A stretch of 64,000 nucleotides of DNA, from the NCBI GenBank assembly GCA_963703645.1, contig CAVPFD010000020.1:17597-81596 (forward strand). Direction: 5' to 3'. Position 1 is the first letter of the stretch, and every line of letters begins with the position of its first letter. This document shows positions 16,442-26,150 of this stretch, piece by piece. The notes beneath the pieces are model-generated. The model was not told the DNA's origin and made no database searches. It saw nothing but the letters and a program-made list of their open reading frames with translations. The position numbers and the translations under genes were made by a program. The stretch is from an uncultured Acidobacteriaceae bacterium. Its GTDB lineage: Bacteria; Acidobacteriota; Terriglobia; Terriglobales; Acidobacteriaceae.

Positions 16442-17341
16442 ATGCGCATCGTCAGCGTTGGCGAAATCCTATGGGATGTGATTGGAGAAAATGAATATCT
16501 CGGCGGAGCGCCGCTGAACTTCGCCGTTCACGCGCGCCAACTGGGCCACGAAGTCTTCCCCTTGAGTGCGGTCGGCGAAGACGCCCGCGGGCGGCGCGCG
16601 CTCGAATGTCTGCAGGCTCGCAACATCTCCACCGAATTCGTGCAGAAGCTCCCCGGCAAGGCCACCGGCATTGCCGAGGTCGAACTCGATGCCGAAGGCA
16701 AGCCGATGTTTCGCATCGTGCGTCCGGCGGCTTACGACTTCGTTGACCTCGACCCGGTGCAATTGCGCCGCCTGGCGGAGTTGCGGCCGAACTGGATTTA
16801 CCTCGGCACGCTTTACCACATGTCTGGCCAGGCGCTGGGTTCGACGCTGAGGCTGCTTGCGGCCACACCTGAGTCGCGCTGTTTTTATGACGTCAACCTG
16901 CGCGATGGCAACTGGAGTCTGGCGGTAGTGGAACAGCTATCGACCCACGCCGATGTCATAAAGCTCAGTGACAGCGAAGCGGAGTTCCTCGACGCCTCGG
17001 TCAATGCGGGAGGACAGGGATCCTCAATCGAGCACTTCTGCCGCCGCTGGAGTGAACAATACGGCTGCGAGATGATTTGCGTGACCTTCGGCGAACGCGG
17101 ATGTGCTGTTTTCCATCAGGGCAAGTATTGCGAGGTTCCGGGCTTCAAAGTGCTGGTAGCGGACACGGTTGGCGCAGGCGATGCGTTCGCAGCCGCGTTT
17201 CTTCATGCCATCGACCAGGGTTGGGATGCACGCTCGACAGGCAGGTTCGCCAATGCAGTCGGCGCGCTGGTCGCCAGCCGGGCGGGCGCAACCCCCGAGT
17301 GGCGGGTGGCCGAATGCCAGCCAATGTTGAATGCGGAGTGA
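16442..17341 (+). CDS. PfkB-family carbohydrate kinase (fructokinase-like)
   Basis: MRIVSVGEILWDVIGENEYLGGAPLNFA... and the C-terminal DTVGAGDAFAAAFL motif. The upstream part of ORF 15938.. is antisense to the phosphatase gene. Confidence 0.8.
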   Translation: MRIVSVGEILWDVIGENEYLGGAPLNFAVHARQLGHEVFPLSAVGEDARGRRALECLQARNISTEFVQKLPGKATGIAEVELDAEGKPMFRIVRPAAYDFVDLDPVQLRRLAELRPNWIYLGTLYHMSGQALGSTLRLLAATPESRCFYDVNLRDGNWSLAVVEQLSTHADVIKLSDSEAEFLDASVNAGGQGSSIEHFCRRWSEQYGCEMICVTFGERGCAVFHQGKYCEVPGFKVLVADTVGAGDAFAAAFLHAIDQGWDARSTGRFANAVGALVASRAGATPEWRVAECQPMLNAE

Positions 17342-17342
17342 G

Positions 17343-17699
17343 TCAGGCGAGCTGTTTGAGCGCAGTTTGGAGCGCATCCATCGCCAACTGGGCGGCGTGT
17401 CCCGAGGCTGGAGGCAATCCGCCTACAGCTTCGATAACCGCATCTTTGCCGATCGCCAGCGCCTCCTCCGGCGACTTCCCTTCCGCCAGCTGCGTCATCG
17501 CCGAGGCGCACGCCATGGCAGCCACACACCCCTTGGCACGAAAACGAATCGCCGTAATGCGCCCGGCATCCATCTTGATGGCCAGCTCGAGGATGTCGCC
17601 GCAGGCAGGATTCTCGGTCCGCACGCGGATATCTGCGTCGGCCAGCTCCCCGGAGTTGCGCGGGTGCTCGAAGTGGTCGAGAAGTTGGGGAGAGTACAT
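17343..17699 (-). CDS. Fe-S cluster assembly scaffold, NifU-N/IscU-like
   Basis: MYSPQLLDHFEHPRNSG...NPACGD...GCVAAMACAS carries the three conserved scaffold cysteines. Confidence 0.8.
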   Translation of the reverse strand: MYSPQLLDHFEHPRNSGELADADIRVRTENPACGDILELAIKMDAGRITAIRFRAKGCVAAMACASAMTQLAEGKSPEEALAIGKDAVIEAVGGLPPASGHAAQLAMDALQTALKQLA

Positions 17700-17773
17700 A
17701 GCGTGGAGATTCGCTTCTATTAGATTATCCCCCAGCCCTACCGGACGCCTGCCGCTTTTATCATTGAATAATC

Positions 17774-18593
17774 TTGATTTTTAGCAACTTCACATTCCGG
17801 CGCGTCGCATCGCTACAGCCCAGCGCCACGGTCACGCTGCGCGATCTGGGGCTGCTCGACCGCCTGGTTGCGTGCACCCGGTACTGCGCCGATGTCTGTC
17901 CCGAAGTTGCTGATGGCTCGCGCGTGATTATCTCTGACTCGTGGACCGCGCAAAGCCAGCAGATTCTCGCCGCCCATCCAGACCTTGTGCTGGCTTCAGT
18001 TCCTTATCAACTCGAAGCAGTCGCGGAGATCCTGAAAGCCGGTGTGCGATTTCTCGGGCTGGCCCCAAGGACACTCGCCGACATTTACGCGGACATCGCC
18101 GCAATCGCCGGGGTGATGGGCGCGGGGGAGCGCGGGCAAAGTGTAATCGCAAATATGCAGGGCACGATCGTCGAGGTTCGCGAACGTACTGCGAATACCT
18201 ACAAGCCGAGGGTCTTCTGCGAAGAATGGGGAAAACCGCTCATCGCCTCGCAGCTGTGGGTGGCCGAGTTGGTGGCAGCGGCGGGTGGCGAGTTCGCCAC
18301 CCAGCCGGGGCAAACGGTTACCCCGGAAGAAGTCGCGGCGGCGCAACCGGATGTGATTCTCGCCGCCTGGTGTGGCGCGGGAGACCGCGTTCCGTTGGAG
18401 AAGGTTGTCGAGCAGCGCGGCTGGTCGGAGTTGCCGGCGGTGCGCGCAGGGCGGGTGTTCTGCATCAACGACGAGCTGCTCAACACGCCTGCATCCAGCT
18501 CTGCTTGGCGGGCTACACGCCATCGCGTGGGCGCTGCATCCTGAAATGTTCCCCCAGCCCGGCGGCATACGCCGCATCCGCACTGTGGTATGA
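17774..18593 (+). pseudogene. Periplasmic-binding-protein family 2 (BtuF / iron-siderophore-binding-like) protein; one frameshift
   Basis: ORF 17774..18544 (RVASLQPSATVTLRDLGLLDRLVA...). The conserved tail LLGGLHAIAWALHPEMFPQPGG continues in ORF 18372..18593; shift near 18490. No obvious signal peptide. Confidence 0.6.
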
Positions 18594-18597
18594 ATGA

Positions 18598-19087
18598 ATG
18601 CCTATGCCGATCAACTACCAACAGCTTGCCGAAGAGCTTAATCGCCTGGCCGATGCGGCCGAGAGTGCCGAAGACCTGATGAGCGCGATTGTCGAGCAGC
18701 TACACGAACGGCTGCCTCACTTCAACTGGGTCGGTTTCTACATGGTCGAGCACGGCTCACCGGGCGAGGATCCGATGCTGGTGTTGGGGCCGTTCCTCGG
18801 GGCCGATACGCCGCACAAACGTATTCCTCTCAACCAGGGTATCTGTGGAGCGGCCGTTTCTTCGGGCGCGGACGCTAGTGGTTGACGACGTAAACGCCGA
18901 CCCGCGCTATCTGGCGTGCTCCCTCGACACGAAGTCTGAAATCGTAGCGCCGGTGTTTGTGCGGGGCAAGGCGGTTGGAGAGCTTGACATCGACAGCCAT
19001 ACTCCGGCTGCCTTCACGGAAGAAGACCGCAAGCTGGTCGAACACTGCGCCGCACTGGTGGGAAACTACCTGGAGAAAGCCGCGTGA
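18598..19087 (+). pseudogene. GAF-domain free methionine-(R)-sulfoxide reductase-like protein; one frameshift
   Basis: 18598..18885 (...WVGFYMVE...LVLGPFLGADTPHKRIPLNQGICGAAVSSG) joins 18689..19087 (RTLVVDDVNADPRYLACSLDTKSEIVAPVFVRGKAVGELDIDS); shift near 18870. Confidence 0.75.
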
Positions 19088-19121
19088 TAATTGGCGGCTC
19101 ACCTGAATCGAGGCCGAAGCC

Positions 19122-19517
19122 TTGATAAAGCAAGTAGTTGCTGCGCTCATCGTGCGGCCAGACGAAATCCTCTGTTGCCAGCGGACCGAATACCAGACAA
19201 TGCCGTTGAAGTGGGAGTTTCCCGGCGGAAAGATTGAGCCCGGAGAAGACGCACCGGCAGCCCTGCAGCGCGAACTTGATGAGGAGCTGGGGATTTGCGC
19301 CCAAATCGGGCGCAAGGTTGCGCAATTGCAACATCGCTATGTGAACGGCAACGCAGTCGAGCTGCACTTCTTCATGGTTGAACGGTACGAGGGCGAGATG
19401 CAGAACCGCATCTTCCGCGAGATCCGCTGGGTGAACCGGCGCGAGTTACCGACACTCGACTTTCTCGACGCCGATCGCAAACTGGTCCAGCAGCTTGCCG
19501 ATGGCGAACTGCTCTAG
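19122..19517 (+). CDS. NUDIX hydrolase, MutT-like
   Basis: Nudix box: WEFPGGKIEPGEDAPAALQRELDEELGI. Confidence 0.8.
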   Translation: MIKQVVAALIVRPDEILCCQRTEYQTMPLKWEFPGGKIEPGEDAPAALQRELDEELGICAQIGRKVAQLQHRYVNGNAVELHFFMVERYEGEMQNRIFREIRWVNRRELPTLDFLDADRKLVQQLADGELL

Positions 19518-20845
19518 CCCCCTCCTCCGCCGGTCACAAACCATGCAATCGTCAGGCCAATCATGATGATGGTCGTGGCCCACGCGATTACGTTGAACCA
19601 CGTGCCGTTAACGTGTTTGCCCATCAGCTCGCTCTTGTTGATGAGCAGCAGCATGAAGATCAGAACGAAGGGCAGAACGATTCCGTTGACCACCTGCGAC
19701 AGAATCGTGATCTTGATGAGGGGAATGTTGGGCATGAGAATGATGGCACCGCCGGCAATAAGCAGTAGCGTGTAGAGCCAGTAAAAAACCTTCGCCTCGC
19801 TGAACTTATGTCCCACGCCAGACTCGAAGCCCAGTCCCTCGCAGACGGTGTAGGCCGTCGAGATCGGCAGGATGGAAGCGGCGAACAGTGACGCGTTGAA
19901 CAGCCCCGCCGCAAAAAGAATGTAGGCATATTCGCCCGCCAGTGGGCGCAGGGCTTGTGCGGCGTCGGCGCCATCGTGAATCTGCCGCACGCCGTGCACA
20001 TAGAGGGTTGCCGCGCAGGCCACCACGATGAACCACGCGACGACGTCAGTGAACAGGCACCCGAGGATCACGTCCCAACGCGAAGCCCGGTATTCGCGCG
20101 ATGTAATTCCCTTCTCCACAATCGACGACTGCAGGTAAAACTGCATCCACGGCGCGATCGTCGTGCCCACGACACCGATGACCATGTAAATGTATGACGA
20201 GTCGTGGAAAGCAGCGCTGTGTGGCGGCTTAAAGGTGGCCACAAATGCTTCCTTCCAACTCGGCCCTGCCAGCACTCCCGCGATGATGTAGGCAAAATAG
20301 AAGAACGATGCCGCGAGGAAGACCTTCTCCACGCTCTTGTACGTTCCCTTTACCACCAGCAGCCATACGACAACTCCCGCTACCGGTACGCTGACATAGC
20401 GCGAGATATGGAACAGTTCAAGGCTGCTCGCGACGCCCGCGAACTCCGCCACTACGTTGCCGAAGTTGGTGATGACCAGGCCCAGCATCATGAAAAACGT
20501 GATGCGCAGACCATATTCCTCGCGGATGAGATCGCTGAGGCCCTTGCCGGTGACCGCACCCATGCGCGCCGACATCTCCTGCACCACGACCAGCGCAACG
20601 GTCATCGGGATCATGACCCAGAGCAGAAGATACCCGAACTGCGCTCCCGCGGCGGAATAGGTATAAATTCCGCCGGCGTCGTTGTCGACGTTTGCGGTGA
20701 TGAACCCGGGACCGATGACGGCCAGGAACATCAGCAGGCGGATTCTCCAGACCCTGAGCCGTCGGGATTGGGGCATGACACCGGGAGATTCGACGTGAGA
20801 CGGTAAAGACCAACCAGAATAAATGCACCTCAAGGAATGCGCCAA
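19514..20845 (-). CDS. NRAMP-family transporter with the NRMT-type (Mg2+-clade) binding-site signature
   Basis: TM1 reads ANVDNDAGGIYTYSAAGAQFGY, where canonical NRAMP has DPGN. TM6 reads GTTIAPWMQFYLQS, where canonical has GATVMPH. So Asn->Gly, Ala->Thr, Met->Ala. The likely start is the ATG at 20776; 20845 is a TTG. Confidence 0.75.
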   Translation of the reverse strand: MAHSLRCIYSGWSLPSHVESPGVMPQSRRLRVWRIRLLMFLAVIGPGFITANVDNDAGGIYTYSAAGAQFGYLLLWVMIPMTVALVVVQEMSARMGAVTGKGLSDLIREEYGLRITFFMMLGLVITNFGNVVAEFAGVASSLELFHISRYVSVPVAGVVVWLLVVKGTYKSVEKVFLAASFFYFAYIIAGVLAGPSWKEAFVATFKPPHSAAFHDSSYIYMVIGVVGTTIAPWMQFYLQSSIVEKGITSREYRASRWDVILGCLFTDVVAWFIVVACAATLYVHGVRQIHDGADAAQALRPLAGEYAYILFAAGLFNASLFAASILPISTAYTVCEGLGFESGVGHKFSEAKVFYWLYTLLLIAGGAIILMPNIPLIKITILSQVVNGIVLPFVLIFMLLLINKSELMGKHVNGTWFNVIAWATTIIMIGLTIAWFVTGGGGG

Positions 20846-20855
20846 TCAAAAGCTT

Positions 20856-22123
20856 CTAGAGCTTGGCGCGCAGCATGTTGATCACGTCATCCGCGGTGAT
20901 GACACCCGTCAGCATACCTTCTTCATCGATCACGGGAAGAGTCAGCAGGTTGTACTTGTCGAAGAGTTCGGCAACCTTTTTCTCGTCAGCGCCAGGATGC
21001 ACTGTGATCATGTGGCCGGTGCTGAGCATCATGAGGGGAGTTCCGGGAGGCGCGAGCACAATTTTGGCCAGCGGCACCGAGCCCAGGAGCTTGTCTTTAT
21101 CGCCAACAATGTAGATTGTGCTGACGCTTTCCACGCCGCCTTCGAAATTGCGCAGCATCTCGATCGGCATCCTCCACCTTCGCTGCCGGGCCCAAAGCCA
21201 TGTAGTCGGTGGTCATGCGCCCGGCCGCGGTGTCTTCTTCGAAGTTCATCAGCCCGGTGACTTCGGCGCGCTCCTCCGGCTCCATTTCGGTGAGGATTTC
21301 CTGCAGTCGTCTCGGGAGGCATATCGCCGAGCAAATCCGCGGCGGCATCGGGATCCATCTCCTCCACAATGTCGGCCGCGCGGTCGGAATCGAGTGAGCT
21401 GAGGATCGAAACCTGCATCTTGGGATCGATCTCTTCCAACGTCTCGGCGGCAACTTCCTCGTTGAGGGTCTCGAACACCGCCTCACGTTCGGCGGGAGCC
21501 AACTCTTCGACAATATCGGCGATGTCGGCCGGGTGCAGCTTGGCCAGGCGTTCGAGCGAGATCTTTAGCTTGACGCGGCGGGCGGGATCCATCTCGATGA
21601 GGTCGACGAACTCCCACGGAATCATCCGCGGCGGAATCTTTGTCAGCAGGGCATGCAGGGCGACGGAAGGAACTACTCCCTTCAGCAGGCGGCGGATCGC
21701 GCCTCGCGCGCCGACATCCACAGAGCCCAGCTTGAGCACCACGTGACCATCCCCCGTCTCCTCGTGAATATCGACATCATTCACCCGTACGACTTTGCGG
21801 CCATGAACATCGATGATCTGCTGGTCGAGCAGATCGCGCGACAGAAGCAGCATGCCTTCGCCGCCGGTGTAGGGTAGCCAATCCGAGGAAGAATTCGTGC
21901 TGCGAATGCCTCCGTTAATGGAATGCACTTCGTTGGTCACCAGCAGCCGGTCGCCGCTGCGCGTCCTAACAATCAGGCCCAAAATCTGGGCAGAGTTGTC
22001 CACTGGCACGACCGCGACTTCGCGGACCTTGCCCGCAGTAGCGCCGTTCTGGTCGAAGACATGCGCGCCCAGCAGGTCTGAAAGTGCGAGAGGAGGCATC
22101 GCAGCCAATATATTCGATGCCAT
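20856..22123 (-). pseudogene. Soluble PRC-barrel + MgtE N-domain + CBS-pair protein (no membrane domain); two frameshifts
   Basis: MASNILAAM... has two PRC-like segments, then LAKLHPADIADIVEEL...DPDAAADLLGDMPPE | RLQEILTEMEPEERAEVTGLMNFEEDTAAGRMTTDYMAL...VEDA | IEMLRNFEGG...CBS...VITADDVINMLRAKL. Shifts near 21320 and 21170. Confidence 0.75.
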
Positions 22124-22221
22124 CGAAAAATGCGCAGCGAATTTCGATGGCCCGCGAGCAATACCTCTCCGGGGACGCTTTCCCCTTTGCCCGCTTTCCG
22201 ATCCGTCTGCGAAACTAGGTC

Positions 22222-22890
22222 GTGCTCCTGCGTTCGTGCGAAGCCATCCTTTTCGACCTTGACGGGGTACTGGTTGACTCCACGCCCTGCGTGAGTCGCG
22301 TTTGGAGTGCTTGGGCGCACGAGCACGGGCTCGATGCCGAATATGTCGTCCACGTCGCGCACGGCCAGCGCACCATCGAGACGGTTCGCAAGGTTGCGCC
22401 GCATCTCGACGCACAACAGGAAACCGACTGCATTGAGCAGATGGAGGTCAATGACACCGCAGGCCTGCGCGTACTTCCGGGAGCCGAGGAGCTGCTGGCA
22501 AAGTTGCCGCCCGAACGTTACACGATAGTGACTTCGGGAACGCGTCGGCTGGCGACCAGACGGCTGCAAGTCGTCGGGCTGCCTGTACCCGTCAGCATGA
22601 TCACAGCTGACGATGTCACACGCGGCAAACCTGACCCCGAGCCGTATCTGGCGGGTGCTCGCGCATTACGATTCGAGCCCGCACAATGCCTCGTGTTCGA
22701 AGACGCACCGTCGGGCATCCGTGCCGCAACCAGCGCAGGCATGGGGGTTATCGGACTGCTAACCACCTTCGCTGACAGGGAATTGGTGGGCACCGACCTG
22801 GTCGTCGCATCCCTGCAGGATGTTGACGCCACAGTTGAGGCATCAGGGGCGTTGCTGTTGACTATCAGGACGGTTCGGGCGGAAGCCTAG
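22222..22890 (+). CDS. HAD-superfamily hydrolase (subfamily IA, phosphatase / beta-phosphoglucomutase-like)
   Basis: Motif I ILFDLDGVLVDS, TSGTRR, and the C-terminal FEDAPSGIRAATSAGM. Confidence 0.75.
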   Translation: MLLRSCEAILFDLDGVLVDSTPCVSRVWSAWAHEHGLDAEYVVHVAHGQRTIETVRKVAPHLDAQQETDCIEQMEVNDTAGLRVLPGAEELLAKLPPERYTIVTSGTRRLATRRLQVVGLPVPVSMITADDVTRGKPDPEPYLAGARALRFEPAQCLVFEDAPSGIRAATSAGMGVIGLLTTFADRELVGTDLVVASLQDVDATVEASGALLLTIRTVRAEA

Positions 22891-22998
22891 AAGACTGCAG
22901 ATCCTAACGATCGCTCTCAGAGTGAAGCGCCGCTTACCGGCCCACAGGAAGTCAAAAGTATCCTCATAAGGTCATAGCTTTCATCCCGGCAGACCTTT

Positions 22999-23181
22999 TC
23001 AGACCGAGTGGACCATCTGCAACTTGTCAATCAGGCCCTCCACCATCGTGCACCGGTGTCGCAGAGTGCTCTTGAATTCGTGGTGATCGGCTTTATTGAT
23101 CTCGTGTATCAAATGTTTGTGATGGTCCTGCAAGAGTTCCCGAAGCAGCTCTTCCTCTTTGTCGGTCAACCGCAGCTCCAT
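22999..23181 (-). CDS. Hypothetical small helical protein (60 aa)
   Basis: An ATG with GGAGG 6 nt upstream. Charged helical sequence MELRLTDKEEELLRELLQDHHKHLIHEINK... Confidence 0.45.
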   Translation of the reverse strand: MELRLTDKEEELLRELLQDHHKHLIHEINKADHHEFKSTLRHRCTMVEGLIDKLQMVHSV

Positions 23182-23247
23182 GGCGACCTCCAGACATTTC
23201 CTATGGCTGAGTTAATTGTAGTCCCGTGAATCAAATACAATCGAGCC

Positions 23248-24198
23248 GTGTTGCAGGTTTGCTTTCGGCGGCATTTCGCTCTGACGTCCGTGTTCCTGGC
23301 GACTTCGCTCCTGGTCGGCTCCGCAACGGAAAATCCGCGGCTGCAAAATGCAGTCAATCACACGATGGCGGGCCAGCGCGGCTCGGCCGTAGTAATTGAT
23401 GTGCATTCTGGCCGCGTTTTGGCTGCCTATCATCTCGATGTTGCCGGGCGTCGTGTCGTTCGTCCTGGCTCCAGCATCAAGCCCTTCACGTTGCTCGCCT
23501 TGCTTGAGGCCGGCAAGGTGGATGCCGGGACCGCGCTGGTGTGCAAGCGTCCGCTGACCATCGCCGGACATCGGCTCGACTGCCCTCATCCCGATACTAA
23601 AGAGCCGTTAGGCCCAGCAGCCGCGCTTGCCTATTCGTGCAACTCCTATTTCACCAGCACCGCGACGCGACTCGCGCCGTCGGAGCTGCGCGCCAGCTTC
23701 GTGCGGATTGGCTTCAGCTCGGCCACGGGACTCGCACCTCATGAAGCCGCGGGCGAAGTCGCTCTCGCCCAGTCGGCCGAACAACTTCAACTGCAAGCCA
23801 TCGGCGAATGGGGCATCAGCGTTACGCCGCTGGAGCTGCTTCGTGCCTACCGCAGGCTAGCGCTTCTGTCTCAGAAGGACACCGACGTACGAATTCCGGC
23901 GTTGCTCGCGGAAGGCCTGCAGGGATCGGTCTCGTATGGCATGGCGCGGGCGGCGCAACCGAACGTCCCAATGAAAGTCGCCGGCAAGACCGGGACGGCT
24001 CTAGCCGACGAAGGTCCGTGGACTCATGGTTGGTTCGCAGGATACGCGCCCGCTGAAAATCCCGAGATCGTGCTCGTCGTCTTCCTCGAAAAGGGACACG
24101 GTAGCGACGCGGCAGCTCTGGCCGGCAAGATCTTCGCTGCATTCGGTGCGGGCCATGATAGCGGTCTCGCCAAGGCCGCTGCGGAGCAGCAGCGATGA
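23248..24198 (+). CDS. Penicillin-binding transpeptidase-domain protein (no N-terminal PBP dimerisation domain)
   Basis: SxxK (PGSSIKPF), SxN (YSCNSYF) and KTG (AGKTGTA) are in the correct order. 316 aa with a signal/anchor segment. Confidence 0.75.
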   Translation: MLQVCFRRHFALTSVFLATSLLVGSATENPRLQNAVNHTMAGQRGSAVVIDVHSGRVLAAYHLDVAGRRVVRPGSSIKPFTLLALLEAGKVDAGTALVCKRPLTIAGHRLDCPHPDTKEPLGPAAALAYSCNSYFTSTATRLAPSELRASFVRIGFSSATGLAPHEAAGEVALAQSAEQLQLQAIGEWGISVTPLELLRAYRRLALLSQKDTDVRIPALLAEGLQGSVSYGMARAAQPNVPMKVAGKTGTALADEGPWTHGWFAGYAPAENPEIVLVVFLEKGHGSDAAALAGKIFAAFGAGHDSGLAKAAAEQQR

Positions 24199-25970
24199 AG
24201 CCAGGGGCCGCCGCCGTCACCTTGCTGCTCATGTTGTTAAGCGCAGGCGCCGATCACGCACCTGCCAAGCCAGCGAGTGGCTTCCCGCAGACCGTTCGTG
24301 TCCGCTTGTGGTATTTACATCCTCCTCGCGAGCTGCACCTGCGCGCCGAAGCTGGCCAGTCGCAGATGCGAAAATGCTCAACTTGCAAACCGATGCCACT
24401 CTCGACCATCATTCTGCGCGCAGCGCAATCCTCGATTCGCATGGATGGCGAAAAGTCCACAACTACCGGCCTCCGCGTCACCGGCGCCTATCAGATGAAC
24501 GCCGCCGGTGACCCGCCGCTGCGAGCCGACTTTCCCATCGAGGTCCGCGCCGATGCCGATCATCTTGTGGTCACCGCGCTCATGCCAATGGAGGAATATG
24601 TCGCCGGAGTGCTGGCGGGCGAGACGGCCAACTTCAAATCCGACGAGGCGCTGAAGGCGATGGCAGTCGCCGCGCGCACCTTCGCAATGCATTTCGGCAG
24701 CCGTCATGCCCTCGATGGCTTCGACTTCTGCGACACCACGCATTGCCAGGACCTGCGCATCGCCGGCATCGACATACACCTGCGTAGGATCGCCGAAGCG
24801 ACGGCCGGCGAGGTCCTCTGGTACGACGGCGAGCCTGCAGCCGCCTATTACGCCGCCAACTGCGGTGGCACCAGTGAAGACGGACGCTACATTCTGGGTA
24901 ATGACGAGGCTCGGGCGCCGTTCCTTCATCAGCATTCCGACCAGTACTGCGTCCGCAACGGCGGCACGCAATGGCGCAGCGAAGTGTCTAAGAGCGAGCT
25001 GCAGCGCGCGTTGGCCGCTGGAGGCGTCGCTGTTCCTGGCACCCTGCGCTCGGTGACAGTGCTGCATCGCACGCCGAGCGGCCGCGTCGAATTCCTAAGC
25101 GTCACTGGCAGCTCCAGCGTAACTGTGCCCGCGTTGACCTTCCGCGCGGCTGTTGGCCGCAACATCGGATGGGACCGCCTTAAGAGCAACCTGTACGACG
25201 TGAGCGACGAGGGCGGCTCCGTCAAATTTCATGGCCGGGGCTCGGGGCATGGGGTCGGCCTGTGCCAGGTGGGCGCCGAGGTCATGGGCGAGGAAGGCCA
25301 CTCCTACCGCGAAATCCTGGCCTTCTACTATCCCGGAACCAGGCTCGGGGTCAGCGCGCAGGGCATCGCCTGGCAGCAACTGGGGAACGAAGACGTGCTT
25401 TTGCTCACCACGCAGCCCGATCGCGACCGCGGACTGCTCAGCCTTGCCACGCGCTACATGCACCAGTCCGAAGAGAGCACCGGACTCTTCTATCGCTCGC
25501 CGCCGCGGCTGAAGGTCTACGCAACCGTGTCGGCCTTTCGCAACTCCACAGGCGAGCCAGGATGGGTTGGCGCCTCGACGCGGGGACGCACCATCCAGCT
25601 ACAGCCGTCCAACGTGCTGCGGCGGGCGGGCACACTTGAGAGCACGATCCATCACGAGCTGTTGCACATGCTGATCGAGTCCTACGCGCGTCCTGGTGTA
25701 CCGCTGTGGTTTCGTGAGGGATTGGTGCTCTATCTGACGGATCCGAAATTCCAGTCAAGTTCCGGGAGTCACTTTGAGGATGCGGCCGCGTTGGAAAAAG
25801 CCCTGCGAGCCCCGGCCAGCGAAGAGCAGTTGCGCGCCGCCTATGCCGAAGCCTACGCTCGCGTGGCGCAGTTGGCGCGACAGCATGGCAAAGAAGCGTT
25901 GATCGATTGGGTGCAGAATGGAGTGCCGACCGAGATTGCGAGTGGCACGCGCGTGCAGGGCGGCAGATAA
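24195..25970 (+). CDS. SpoIID/LytB-domain protein with a C-terminal HExxH metallopeptidase-like region
   Basis: MEEYVAGVLAGE..ALKAMAVAARTFA..FCDTTHCQ..AAYYAANCGGTSE is the SpoIID domain. The C-terminus has HHELLHMLIE. The start overlaps the upstream stop (ATGA at 24195..24198). Confidence 0.8.
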   Translation: MKPGAAAVTLLLMLLSAGADHAPAKPASGFPQTVRVRLWYLHPPRELHLRAEAGQSQMRKCSTCKPMPLSTIILRAAQSSIRMDGEKSTTTGLRVTGAYQMNAAGDPPLRADFPIEVRADADHLVVTALMPMEEYVAGVLAGETANFKSDEALKAMAVAARTFAMHFGSRHALDGFDFCDTTHCQDLRIAGIDIHLRRIAEATAGEVLWYDGEPAAAYYAANCGGTSEDGRYILGNDEARAPFLHQHSDQYCVRNGGTQWRSEVSKSELQRALAAGGVAVPGTLRSVTVLHRTPSGRVEFLSVTGSSSVTVPALTFRAAVGRNIGWDRLKSNLYDVSDEGGSVKFHGRGSGHGVGLCQVGAEVMGEEGHSYREILAFYYPGTRLGVSAQGIAWQQLGNEDVLLLTTQPDRDRGLLSLATRYMHQSEESTGLFYRSPPRLKVYATVSAFRNSTGEPGWVGASTRGRTIQLQPSNVLRRAGTLESTIHHELLHMLIESYARPGVPLWFREGLVLYLTDPKFQSSSGSHFEDAAALEKALRAPASEEQLRAAYAEAYARVAQLARQHGKEALIDWVQNGVPTEIASGTRVQGGR

Positions 25971-26046
25971 CGTCTTTAATCCCCGGTGCCCTGGGGCTGA
26001 AAAGGAATTCGAGCCGGAGCGGCAGGAGGCCAAAGCTGTTTAAAGC

Positions 26047-26135
26047 GTGCCGCCGCTCCGCGGCTCAAGTTTCGTCTTCCATGTCACCGCGGGCTCACGC
26101 CCGCGGCTAAAACAAATGGCGCCGCTGCGCGGCTC
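26047..26135. repeat. Cluster of GC-rich hairpin repeats
   Basis: gtgccgccgctccgcggctca (26047..26067) is the exact reverse complement of 61030..61050. There is an 8-bp stem/tetraloop hairpin ccgcgggc-tcac-gcccgcgg at 26088..26107 and a variant gccgctgcgcggc at 26121..26133. Confidence 0.7.
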
Positions 26136-26150
26136 CAGCCGGATCCGTGT

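Noticed and set aside
25943-25958. TGGCAC-N5-TGCA (sigma-54 -24/-12-like)
   Set aside because: It lies inside the 3' end of the SpoIID-domain gene with no downstream gene on that strand, so it is probably chance.
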